Positions 54,396 through 63,372 of a stretch of 64,000 nt of DNA are shown here, in pieces. The notes under the pieces were generated by a model that had not been told where the DNA came from, ran no database searches, and saw nothing but the letters and a program-made list of their open reading frames with translations. The stretch comes from Chloroflexota bacterium (lineage in GTDB: Bacteria; Chloroflexota; Limnocylindria; Limnocylindrales; CSP1-4): assembly GCA_003141955.1 (NCBI GenBank), contig PLOC01000020.1, forward strand, positions 26,287 to 90,286. The letters are read 5' to 3'. The position numbers and the translations under genes are program-made. Every line of letters begins with the position of its first letter. The first letter of the stretch is position 1.

Positions 54396-55252
54396 TGGAC
54401 GAGCTTCTCGATGGGCAGGATGAGGATGCCCGAGGCGCCGGCGGCCTTGAGGCGGGGCAGCAGCGACCAGACCGCGTCGGCCTCGACGACCGAGTGGATG
54501 GCGACCATCCCTTTGTGCGCCAGCGGGATGATGGAGGGCGACTCCAGTCCGGGCAGGAGGTCCTCGAGCCCGGTCAGCCTGGTTTCCGGGGCGTTCATCA
54601 TCAGGTACTTTCGATCGCGCGCAGCCAGGGTCGCGCTGAGCATTGTCTGGATCGTGTCGAGGGTGTCGAAGCGATCGCGCAACGCAGCCGGGTTGGCCAG
54701 CAGCACCGCTTCCGAGGCGAAGACCTCCTCGATCGGTCGGAGGCCGTTGGACACCATCGTCGAGCCGGTCGATACCAGGTCGACGATCGCCTCCGCCAGG
54801 CCGAGCCTCGGCGCAACCTCCGCGGCGCCCGAGACCGGGATTACGTCGACCGGAATGGCGCGACCCGCGAAGAAGCTTCTCGTGAGGTTCATGTGCGACG
54901 TGGCGACGCGCAGGCCGGCCAGGTCCTCGGGCGCGCGGAAGGGCGAGTCGTTCGGGACGGCGATCGTGAGGCGGCACTTCCCAAAGCCGAGGGTGCGGAG
55001 CTGCGGGGCGTCTGAGCCTGCCTCCGCCACCAGGTCGAGCCCCGTCACGCCCAGTTCGGCGACGCCGTCGCTCACGAACTCCACGACGTCGTTGGTCCGC
55101 ACGAAGAGGATGTCGAGATCGAAGTTCTGAACGCGCGCCACCAACGCCCGCTCGCCGGCTTCGAATATGAGCCCGGCATCGCGCAGCAGGCGGACGGTCG
55201 GCTCGACCAGCCGGCCCTTGTTCGGGATTGCCAGGCGCAGGCGGCGCGTCAT
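54392..55252 (-). CDS. hisG: ATP phosphoribosyltransferase, long form
   Basis: MTRRLRLAIPNKGRL. 286 aa including the C-terminal regulatory domain. ATGA overlap with the upstream stop. Confidence 0.9.
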   Translation of the reverse strand: MTRRLRLAIPNKGRLVEPTVRLLRDAGLIFEAGERALVARVQNFDLDILFVRTNDVVEFVSDGVAELGVTGLDLVAEAGSDAPQLRTLGFGKCRLTIAVPNDSPFRAPEDLAGLRVATSHMNLTRSFFAGRAIPVDVIPVSGAAEVAPRLGLAEAIVDLVSTGSTMVSNGLRPIEEVFASEAVLLANPAALRDRFDTLDTIQTMLSATLAARDRKYLMMNAPETRLTGLEDLLPGLESPSIIPLAHKGMVAIHSVVEADAVWSLLPRLKAAGASGILILPIEKLVQ

Positions 55253-55578
55253 CGGGCCTTCTCTCCGGTCGTCGAAGCAACGCCGGCGTCGCGAAGCCGT
55301 TCCAGTGCGCGCAGGTAGCCGCCCTCGCCGTGATGTAGCCATTGGGCGATCCGGGTGATCGTGGCGGTGCTCGCGCCGGTCCTGTGCGAGATCTCGGTGT
55401 AGTGCATGCCCTGGTCGAGCAGCCGTACAACGGCCCAGCGCTGGGCCATGTCGTGCAGCTCGCCGAGCGTGCACAGGTCGCGGAAGAACGCCGAGGCTTC
55501 GTCGGCCGTCTCGAGGCGGAGGATCGCCTCGAACAGCTCGGCCGCCGCCTCGTCGCGCCAGGTTTCCGTCGCGCTCAT
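55249..55578 (-). CDS. TrpR-like YerC/YecD family protein (HisR-type candidate regulator)
   Basis: 109 aa from ATG 55578 (GGGGAA upstream). FFRDLCT..EL..MAQRW.V..LL..G..Y.EI...TGAS.ATI.R is the YerC/YecD signature. Confidence 0.75.
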   Translation of the reverse strand: MSATETWRDEAAAELFEAILRLETADEASAFFRDLCTLGELHDMAQRWAVVRLLDQGMHYTEISHRTGASTATITRIAQWLHHGEGGYLRALERLRDAGVASTTGEKAR

Positions 55579-55614
55579 GGTCGGTTCCCCTTGTTGTCGG
55601 GCGTTTACCGGACC

Positions 55615-55638
55615 GTAGTTGCGTAGTAGCATAGTAGC
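55615..55638. repeat. three tandem octamers in the hisR/hisA divergent intergenic region (candidate operator)
   Basis: GTAGTTGC GTAGTAGC ATAGTAGC, immediately followed by the hisA ATG. The whole intergenic region is only 60 nt. Confidence 0.45.
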
Positions 55639-56412
55639 ATGCCAGGACGCAGGCAACCCGAAGCCGGGAACCAGCCGCCGAGGGACTTCGAGGTTCTGCC
55701 GGCCATCGACCTACGGGCAGGACGGGTGGTGCGGCTGGCCGAAGGCGACTTCGCCCGGGAGACTTGCTATGGGGCCGATCCGGTCGAAGTCGCCGGGCGC
55801 TTTGCGGGGGCCGGGGCGCGGTGGATTCATATCGTCGATCTCGACGGCGCCCGAGACGGCGCCGGGCGCCAGACGGAGGTAGTGGCCCGCATCGTCGAGG
55901 CGGTGGGGGACAGGGTGGCGTGCCAGGTGGCCGGCGGGTTGCGGGATGAGGCGGCCGTGGACGCCTCCCTGAATGCCGGAGCGGCCCGCGTCGTCGTTGG
56001 AACCGCGGCGTTGCGCGATCCCGCATTCGCCGGGCGGCTGGTTGCTCGTTTCGGCGTCGAGCGCATTGCGGTCGCGCTCGATGTCCGCAGTGGCATGGCC
56101 GTGGGGCAGGGCTGGGTCCCTGGCGCTTCAGGCGTGCCGGTCGAGGAAGCCCTCGCTGCGCTGGCGGACCGCGGCGCTCGAGTCTTCATCGTAACGGCGA
56201 TCGAACGCGACGGCGTGCTCGCGGGCCCGAACCTGGCCCTCCTGAGCCGAATGGTCGAGCTCGGTCAAGGTGAGATCATCGCCTCGGCGGGTGTTTCGTC
56301 GCTGGCCGACCTTTCGGCCGTCCGTGCCCTCGGCTGCGCCGGCGCGATCGTCGGCCGCACGATCTACGAAGGCCGCGTCGACCTCGGCGAGGCGGTTCGA
56401 CTGACGGCGTAG
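55639..56412 (+). CDS. hisA: ProFAR isomerase HisA (HisA/PriA family)
   Basis: FEVLPAIDLRAGRVVRL, DLDGA and a C-terminal GVSSL.D......G..G.IVG....EG. Transcribed divergently from the rest of the his genes. Confidence 0.9.
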   Translation: MPGRRQPEAGNQPPRDFEVLPAIDLRAGRVVRLAEGDFARETCYGADPVEVAGRFAGAGARWIHIVDLDGARDGAGRQTEVVARIVEAVGDRVACQVAGGLRDEAAVDASLNAGAARVVVGTAALRDPAFAGRLVARFGVERIAVALDVRSGMAVGQGWVPGASGVPVEEALAALADRGARVFIVTAIERDGVLAGPNLALLSRMVELGQGEIIASAGVSSLADLSAVRALGCAGAIVGRTIYEGRVDLGEAVRLTA

Positions 56413-56669
56413 CGCGCAAGCAACGAAGCGTTCAAGCCACCGTTGGCGCCGGCCGATGCCTGGGTTGGAGGCGTCGGCTCTGGGGACGGTCCTCACGGGC
56501 TCGGACCCCAGTCTCTTGCGGCGTCACCCTGCGGTTCCTGCCGGACCAGGCGCGAGGAACGGCCGTGTGCCGATCCGGGCCAACCGCGGACAGGCACGCG
56601 GGCCTCGTGCCGGCCGGTACGGGGCCCGCTATCTGTCCCAGCGCTCGTCTTCCTCCCCCTCCGCGCTGC

Positions 56670-58757
56670 CTACTCTTTGTGCGCGGCCTCGACTTCCTTG
56701 CGGTGGGCCTCGATCACCTTCTCGGCGATGTGCGCCGGGACGTCCTCGTAGCGGTCAAGCGTGGCCGTGAATGTGCCCCGCCCACCGGTGAGTGAGCGCA
56801 GCTCAGTGGCGTAGGTGAAGAGCTCGGCCTGGGGCACGGTGGCCGTGATGATCTGCATCCCGTCCTTGGTATCCATGCCCAGGACCCGGCCGCGGCGGCC
56901 GTTGAGATCGCGGTTCACGTCGCCCATGAAGGCTTCCGGGATTCGGATGGCGACCGTCATGATCGGCTCCATCAGCGCCGGCTTGCACTCGAGCACGCCC
57001 GACTTGAGGGCCATCGAGGCCGCGATCTTGAACGACAGTTCGTTCGAGTCCACCGCATGGAACGAGCCGTCGTAGAGGGTCGCCTTGAAGTCGCTGAGCG
57101 GGTAGCCGGCGAGCACGCCTTCGGCCGCCGTCTCGCGGACGCCCTTCTCGACGCCGGGAAAGAAGTTCTTGGGCACGGTGCCGCCGACGACATGCTCTGC
57201 GAATTCGACCCCGCCGCCCGGGTTCGGCTCGATCTCGATCCAGACGTCGCCGAACATGCCGTGGCCGCCGGTCTGCTTCTTGTAGCGGCCGTGGCTCTGC
57301 GTCTTGCCTCGGATCGTTTCCTTGTAGGCCACTCTGGGCATCTTGGTCACGATCGCGGCGCCGAACTTGCGCTTGAGGCGCTCGCCCAGGACGGCGACGT
57401 GCGCGTCGCCCATCGAAAGGAGGATTTGCTCGCCGGTGTCGGAGCGCTCGACTCGCGCGGACGGCTCCTCTTCGAGCATGCGCTGGAGGGCCGAGCCCAT
57501 CTTGTCCAGGTCGGCCTTGGTCTGCGGCTCGATCGCGACCTGCAGCGTCGGAACGGGGAACGACAGAGGCGGGAGCGTGTAGGACTGCTCGCGAGATGAC
57601 GCGAGCGTGTCCCCTGTCGCAGTCACCGTGAGCTTGGCTACGGCACCGATCTCGCCGGCCTGGAGCTGGCCGACCGTCTCCTGGTCCTTGCCGTGCAGGA
57701 GCAGCAGCTGGCCGATGCGCTCCGGCTCGCCACGAGTGGAGTTCCACGACTGGCCCTGGCCGTGGAGCGTCCCGGAGAGGACGCGCAGGTAGGTCAGGCG
57801 GCCGACGAACGGGTCGGCGGTTGTCTTGAAGACGCGAGCGACAAGCGGGCCGGCCGCGTCGGGAACGATCTTGACTTCCTTGCCTTTCGCGTCCGTGGCG
57901 ACGATCTCACCGAATTCGGCCGGGGAGGGGAGGTAGTGCACGATCGCGTCGAGGAGCGCCCTAACGCCGACGTCCTTCGAAGCGCTGCCGACCAGGACCG
58001 GCGCCACCATGCCGGACCGGACGGCCTTCTTCAGGCAGCCCTCGAGCTCCGCGTCGGTGATCTCCTCGCCCTCGAGGTACTTGGTCATGACGTCGTCGTC
58101 CGCCTCGGACGCAGCCTCGATCAGCTGATCGCGGCGGGACGCAACCTCGCCGGCCAGGTTCGCCGGAACCGCGATCTCTGTCTCCTTGCCGCCCGCCACC
58201 TGGTAGGCCTTGCGATGGACGAGGTCCACGTAGCCGGAGAACGACTCGGCCGTTCCGAGCGCGACGTGCAGCGGCGCGATCTTCTGGCCGAACGCGGTCC
58301 GGAGCCCGTCCAGCGCATTGCCCGGGTTGGCATTCTCTCGGTCGCATTTGTTGATGAAGAAGAGTGCCGGACGGCCGTTCGCCCGAGCCAGCGCCACCGC
58401 CGACTCGAGGCCGGCCTCGACGTGCCCCGAGGCATCCATCAGCAGGATGGCCGCGTCCGTGGCGGCGAAGCCCTCGACCACCTCGGCCGCGAAGTCCGCG
58501 TAGCCGGGGGTATCGACGAGCTGGACCCTCGTTCCCTCGTGCTCCAGGCTGGCCACCGCGAGCGTCAGCGACTGCTTGCGCTTCTGTTCCTCGGGTTCGT
58601 AGTCCAGGCTGGCGGTGCCGTCGTCGACGCGGCCAAGCCGCGTGATGGCGGTCGTATCGAAGAGGAGGCGCTCGGCCAGCGTCGTCTTACCGGCCCCAGC
58701 ATGGGCCGCAATGACGACGCTGCGGAGGTGGGGGAGGTCGACACTCTTGGTTGTCAT
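56670..58757 (-). CDS. elongation factor G paralogue (EF-G2-like)
   Basis: G domain AHAGAGKTTL, DTPGYADF, NKCD. EF-G domains II-V are present. It is not in an rpsL-rpsG-fusA-tuf context. The track ORF start (TTG 58796) is also possible. Confidence 0.85.
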   Translation of the reverse strand: MTTKSVDLPHLRSVVIAAHAGAGKTTLAERLLFDTTAITRLGRVDDGTASLDYEPEEQKRKQSLTLAVASLEHEGTRVQLVDTPGYADFAAEVVEGFAATDAAILLMDASGHVEAGLESAVALARANGRPALFFINKCDRENANPGNALDGLRTAFGQKIAPLHVALGTAESFSGYVDLVHRKAYQVAGGKETEIAVPANLAGEVASRRDQLIEAASEADDDVMTKYLEGEEITDAELEGCLKKAVRSGMVAPVLVGSASKDVGVRALLDAIVHYLPSPAEFGEIVATDAKGKEVKIVPDAAGPLVARVFKTTADPFVGRLTYLRVLSGTLHGQGQSWNSTRGEPERIGQLLLLHGKDQETVGQLQAGEIGAVAKLTVTATGDTLASSREQSYTLPPLSFPVPTLQVAIEPQTKADLDKMGSALQRMLEEEPSARVERSDTGEQILLSMGDAHVAVLGERLKRKFGAAIVTKMPRVAYKETIRGKTQSHGRYKKQTGGHGMFGDVWIEIEPNPGGGVEFAEHVVGGTVPKNFFPGVEKGVRETAAEGVLAGYPLSDFKATLYDGSFHAVDSNELSFKIAASMALKSGVLECKPALMEPIMTVAIRIPEAFMGDVNRDLNGRRGRVLGMDTKDGMQIITATVPQAELFTYATELRSLTGGRGTFTATLDRYEDVPAHIAEKVIEAHRKEVEAAHKE

Positions 58758-58955
58758 CTGCTCTATCGATCCTCTGGTGGCGTCAGATCGCATCAAACAA
58801 GCGGCTCGGCGAGGGGCCAGCCGCAGTCAGGCCATGATAGCCGGGCGCGTGCTGGCGGACGAGGACGGTGCGACGCTCCCCGGCGCCCCGAACCGCTGCG
58901 CATGCGTCCAAGTCGGCCGGGTCGGGGGCCCCGCCCGGGCGCTATACTCCGGCCG

Positions 58956-59699
58956 ATGTCAGGACATTCCAAGTGGTCGCAGATCAAGCGCCAGAAGGGC
59001 GTCAACGACGTGAAGCGCGGCGCCGTCTTCACCAAGATGGGTCGCGAGATCAGCGTTGCCGCGCGAGCCGGCGGGGGTGACCCGGACGGCAACTTCCGGC
59101 TTCGCCTGGCGATCGAGCGCGCCCGTGCCCTGAACATGCCGCTTGATACGATCAAGCGCGCCATCGAAAAGGCGACCGGTGGAGGCGAGGGCGAGCAGTT
59201 CGAGGAAATCACCTACGAGGGTTACGGCCCGGGCGGCGTGGCGATCCTGGTCGAGACGGCGACAGACAATCGCAACCGCACCGCGGCCGAGGTCCGGTCG
59301 ATCCTGACCAAGGCCGGCGGTCAGCTGGCCGGTTCGGGCAGCGTGGCCTGGCAGTTCGAGCAGCGCGGCGTCATCAGCCTGCACGCGGGAGGCGATGCCG
59401 ATGAGCTGACTCTCCTGGCGATCGATGCCGGGGCCGACGACGTCGACTCCTCGGCCAACCAGGTCGAGGTCTACACGAAGCCGACGGACCTGGAGGCGGT
59501 GCGGCGCGGGCTCGAGGCCGCCGGGGTCAAGATCGACTCGGCCGAGCTTTCAATGACCCCGAAGAACACCGTCGAGCTGGACGAGTCGCACGCGCGCCAG
59601 GCCTTGCGGCTGGTCGAGCTGCTGGAAGACCAGGACGATGTCCAGCGCGTGACCGCCAATTTCGAGATCCCCGAAGCGCTGCTCGCCGAGATCGGCTAG
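58956..59699 (+). CDS. yebC: YebC/PmpR family DNA-binding regulatory protein
   Basis: MSGHSKWSQIKRQKG... is the canonical N-terminus. TATACT lies 7 nt upstream of the ATG. Confidence 0.92.
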   Translation: MSGHSKWSQIKRQKGVNDVKRGAVFTKMGREISVAARAGGGDPDGNFRLRLAIERARALNMPLDTIKRAIEKATGGGEGEQFEEITYEGYGPGGVAILVETATDNRNRTAAEVRSILTKAGGQLAGSGSVAWQFEQRGVISLHAGGDADELTLLAIDAGADDVDSSANQVEVYTKPTDLEAVRRGLEAAGVKIDSAELSMTPKNTVELDESHARQALRLVELLEDQDDVQRVTANFEIPEALLAEIG

Positions 59700-60337
59700 T
59701 GATCATCCTCGGAATCGATCCCGGGACGGCGATGCTCGGATACGGGGTCATCGAGCGAACCGGCCCACGGCTGCGGGCCATCGACTTCGGCGTCATCTCA
59801 ACCCCATCGACCCACACCCTGCCCGAGCGCCTCGAGGCGATCCACCTCGCCCTGACCGACCTCATCGAGCTGCATGCGCCGTCGATGGTCGGCGTCGAGC
59901 GGCTGTTCTTCACGAAGAACGCCCAGACGGCCTTCGCCGTGGGGCAGGCAAGGGGAGTGGTGCTGCTGGTCGCCGCTCAGCACGATCTGGAAGTGCGCGA
60001 GGCCACACCCAACGAGGTGAAGGTCGCCACTGCCGGCCACGGTGGCGCCGGCAAGGAGGAGGTCGGGCGCATGGTCCAGGCCATCCTCGGCCTGGCCGAG
60101 ATGCCGACTCCCGATGACGCCGCCGACGCTCTCGCCATCGCGATCTGCGTCGCCAACCGCGAGCGGTCCGTCAGTCGCATACCCACCGGAGCATTGGACC
60201 GTTCCGCTCTCAAACCGGCACCGAGCGGCACGACCCCCTACGAGAGGGCAGTCCGCGAAGCCCTGCACCGCGAACGGCTCGGCCTTGATCCAGACGGGCG
60301 CTCGCCGCGGCTGCCCGAACCCAAGATCGTCTCCTAG
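59699..60337 (+). CDS. ruvC: crossover junction endodeoxyribonuclease RuvC
   Basis: MIILGIDPGTAMLGYGVIE plus a conserved acidic catalytic core. About 50 aa of extra C-terminal residues. The GTG start shares 1 nt with the yebC stop. Confidence 0.9.
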   Translation: MIILGIDPGTAMLGYGVIERTGPRLRAIDFGVISTPSTHTLPERLEAIHLALTDLIELHAPSMVGVERLFFTKNAQTAFAVGQARGVVLLVAAQHDLEVREATPNEVKVATAGHGGAGKEEVGRMVQAILGLAEMPTPDDAADALAIAICVANRERSVSRIPTGALDRSALKPAPSGTTPYERAVREALHRERLGLDPDGRSPRLPEPKIVS

Positions 60338-60356
60338 GCTCGGCAGAGTTTCCCCC

Positions 60357-60947
60357 GTGATCGCATCGCTGGACGGCATGGCCGGGGCCGTCTTTGCCGA
60401 TTCCCTGATCGTCGAAGTGGGCGGGATCGGCTATCGCGTCTACTGCGCGCCGGCCGTGCTGGCCGCGGTCAAAGTGGGGGAGCGGACTAGGCTGTTCACC
60501 CACCACCTCGTGCGTGAGGATGCGCAGGCGCTCTACGGCTTCCGCACGCCGGAGGAGCTTGGCTTCTTCGGACTCCTCCAGACCGTTACCGGTGTCGGCC
60601 CGAAGGTGGCGCTCGCCATAGTCGGGTCGCGCGCCGTTGGCGACCTGCAGCTGGCGATCCTCTCGGAGGACCTGGCCCTGCTGACGGCGGTTTCCGGAGT
60701 GGGCAAGAAGCTGGCGGCTCGAATCGTCCTGGAGCTGAGGGAGAAGGTCGCCGCCGCCGGCGTTGCCGCGGGCGCCACAGCGGGGTCTCCGGCCGGCGAG
60801 CCCGAGGTCGTCGCCGCGCTCCTGGCCCTAGGCTACTCCGTCGGCGAGGCGCGCCAGGCATCCCGTGAAGCGCTCTCGGATGCCTCCGTCGGCCCCGGCC
60901 TGGAGGATCGCGTCAAGGCGGCGCTGCGGACGCTGCTCAAGGGCTAG
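60357..60947 (+). CDS. ruvA: Holliday junction branch migration complex subunit RuvA
   Basis: VIASLDG......VEVGGIGYRV......FTHHLVREDAQALYGF and HhH motifs (VSGVGKKLAARI). GTG start at 60357. Confidence 0.9.
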   Translation: MIASLDGMAGAVFADSLIVEVGGIGYRVYCAPAVLAAVKVGERTRLFTHHLVREDAQALYGFRTPEELGFFGLLQTVTGVGPKVALAIVGSRAVGDLQLAILSEDLALLTAVSGVGKKLAARIVLELREKVAAAGVAAGATAGSPAGEPEVVAALLALGYSVGEARQASREALSDASVGPGLEDRVKAALRTLLKG

Positions 60948-61041
60948 GGGAGCCGCCGGTCCACGTCGCAGCTGTGGTGCCGTTGGGGAGGTAGAACACC
61001 CGTTCGGTCTGGTATGATCCGCGGCATGAACGAGCGCGCCC

Positions 61042-62127
61042 GTGACTGACTTCTCTCGCATCCTGGCGCCGGACGTCCAGGAAGAGGCTGACGTCGTCGT
61101 CGATCGGACGCTGCGGCCGCGGACGCTGGACGAATACATCGGCCAGCGCGAGCTCAAGGCCAATCTGTCGATCCTGCTCGGGGCCGCCCGCCAGAGAGGG
61201 GACGCGGCCGACCACATCCTGCTCCACGGTCCGCCCGGCCTGGGCAAGACGACCCTGGCCACGATCGTGGCGCGCGAGCTCGGCGCGAACATTCGGTACG
61301 CCAGCGGTCCCGCGATCGAGCGGGCAGGGGACCTGGCCGCCATCCTGACCTCGCTCGACGAGCGCGACGTCCTCTTCATAGACGAGATCCACCGGCTGAA
61401 TCGCGCGGTCGAGGAGATCCTGTACCCGGCCATGGAGGACTACGCCCTCGACGTGATGATCGGCAAGGGGCCGTCCGCGCGGAGCCTGCGTCTGAGCCTG
61501 AAGCCGTTCACGATCGTCGGCGCGACCACGCGCGCCGGCCGGATCTCCAGCCCGTTGCGCGACCGCTTCGGCGCCACCTACCGCCTGGATTTCTACGATC
61601 TCGCGGACCTCACCGCGATCGTTGTGCGGTCGGCCCGGCTGCTGGGAGTGGAACTCAACTCTGACGGCGCCGCCGCCATCGCCCGGCGCGGCCGGGGCAC
61701 GCCCCGCGTCGTGAACCGCCTCCTGCGCCGCGTGCGCGATTTCGCCCAGATCAACGGGGACGGTCGAGTGGACGCCGCCACGGCGGATAAAGCCCTGGCG
61801 GCTCTCGAGATCGACGACGAAGGGCTGGACGGGACGGACCGCAAGCTACTGGCCGCGATCGTCCAGAAGTTCGGCAGCGGGCCGGTTGGGGTGCAAGCCC
61901 TGGCCGCGGTTCTGGCGGAGGAGCCGGAGACGGTCGAGGACGTCTACGAGCCGTTCCTCTTGCGGCTGGGGTTCCTGGACCGCACGCCGCAGGGCCGCAT
62001 CGCCACGGACGGCGCCCGGCAGCACCTGGCGCGCCTCGGGTACGACGTGCCGCCGCCGCGCCGCGGCGAGGCGGACCAGCCCGCGCTCTGGGATGGCACG
62101 GCCGACCCCGACGCACCTGCTCGCTGA
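61042..62127 (+). CDS. ruvB: Holliday junction branch migration DNA helicase RuvB
   Basis: Walker [10 protein letters not shown] and Walker [10 protein letters not shown], with an AAA+ domain plus a winged-helix C-terminus. Confidence 0.95.
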   Translation: MTDFSRILAPDVQEEADVVVDRTLRPRTLDEYIGQRELKANLSILLGAARQRGDAADHILLHGPPGLGKTTLATIVARELGANIRYASGPAIERAGDLAAILTSLDERDVLFIDEIHRLNRAVEEILYPAMEDYALDVMIGKGPSARSLRLSLKPFTIVGATTRAGRISSPLRDRFGATYRLDFYDLADLTAIVVRSARLLGVELNSDGAAAIARRGRGTPRVVNRLLRRVRDFAQINGDGRVDAATADKALAALEIDDEGLDGTDRKLLAAIVQKFGSGPVGVQALAAVLAEEPETVEDVYEPFLLRLGFLDRTPQGRIATDGARQHLARLGYDVPPPRRGEADQPALWDGTADPDAPAR

Positions 62128-63332
62128 TGACAGACGCACCGGATCGCTCGCCGGCCCATCTCGGTTCGCAGGCCTCGCCGGTTCAATACGAAGTGGACGT
62201 GCCGCCGCCGGCCGACGGGTCCACTCAGGGGCGGGTCGGGCGGCTGACGCTACCCCACGGAGTCGTGGAGACGCCCCAGTTCATGCCGGTCGGCACCAAC
62301 GCCACGGTGAAGGCGCTCTCGCCCGACGATCTCCGCGAGGCCGGCGCCACGATCATCCTGGCCAACACCTATCACCTCTACCTGCGTCCCGGTCACGAGC
62401 GCATCGCCCGCCTCGGCGGCCTGCACAGCTTCATGGCCTGGGACCGGCCGCTCCTCACCGACTCGGGCGGGTTCCAGGTCGTGTCGATGGGCGAGCTGCG
62501 CAAGATCGACGACGAGGGCGTCACCTTCCAGAGCCATCTCGACGGCTCGTACCATCGGTTCACGCCCGAGCATTCGATCGCCGTGCAGGAGGCACTCGGC
62601 GCCGACATCGCCGTCGCTTTCGACCAGCCCGTACCGCCCGCCTCATCGACCCCGGAAGCCGTCGCGGAGGCGATGGCTCGCACTCATCGCTGGGCCGAAC
62701 GTTCGCTCGCGGCCCACACGCGACCGGACCAGGCTCTCTTCGGCATCGTCCAGGGCGGCCTCGATCCGCATCTTCGCGCCGAGTCCACGTCCTTCATGGC
62801 GAGCCTGCCGTTCGATGGCATCTGCATCGGCGGCCTGGCCGGCGATGAGACGCCCGCCCAGCGGGAGGCGGCGCTGACTGTCGCCATCGACCTGCTTCGA
62901 GACGATCCGCGGCCGCGCTACCTGATGGGCCTGGGCTCGCCGGCGGACCTGCTCGAGGCCGTTCATCGGGGCGTCGACCTGTTCGACTCCGTCCTGCCGG
63001 CCCGAGTTGCCCGCAACGGTCAGCTGTGGGTCCCCGGCGGCCGCCTCAACATGCGCAACGCCCAGTTCGTGGAGGACCCCCGGCCTGTCCAGGAAGGCTG
63101 CCGCTGCCTGCTCTGCCGCAACTTCTCGCGCGCCTATCTGGCTCATCTGTTCCGCGCCGAGGAGCTCCTTGCCTACCGCCTGGCAACTTGTCACAACATG
63201 ACCTTCACCCTAGACTTCATGGCCGAAATCCGCTCCGCGCTGCGCTCAGGCACATTCTCCGACCGGCTGCCCGAACTCCGGGCCAGGGCCGTTCCGTCAG
63301 GGGCGCGTGCATTGCCAGTGCAGCCGGAGTGA
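62127..63332 (+). CDS. tgt: tRNA-guanine transglycosylase (queuine tRNA-ribosyltransferase)
   Basis: LTDSGGFQV catalytic block and the zinc site CRCLLC...H. The ATG shares 1 nt with the ruvB stop. Confidence 0.95.
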   Translation: MTDAPDRSPAHLGSQASPVQYEVDVPPPADGSTQGRVGRLTLPHGVVETPQFMPVGTNATVKALSPDDLREAGATIILANTYHLYLRPGHERIARLGGLHSFMAWDRPLLTDSGGFQVVSMGELRKIDDEGVTFQSHLDGSYHRFTPEHSIAVQEALGADIAVAFDQPVPPASSTPEAVAEAMARTHRWAERSLAAHTRPDQALFGIVQGGLDPHLRAESTSFMASLPFDGICIGGLAGDETPAQREAALTVAIDLLRDDPRPRYLMGLGSPADLLEAVHRGVDLFDSVLPARVARNGQLWVPGGRLNMRNAQFVEDPRPVQEGCRCLLCRNFSRAYLAHLFRAEELLAYRLATCHNMTFTLDFMAEIRSALRSGTFSDRLPELRARAVPSGARALPVQPE

Positions 63333-63372
63333 AGAGCCCACCAGTAGCCTGTCGAACGCGGAGGCACACCCG

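Noticed and set aside
52971-55130. 719-aa plus-strand ORF across hisC/hisD/hisG
   Set aside because: It is antisense to three clearly conserved his genes that are joined by ATGA/GTGA overlaps. The composition is low-complexity.
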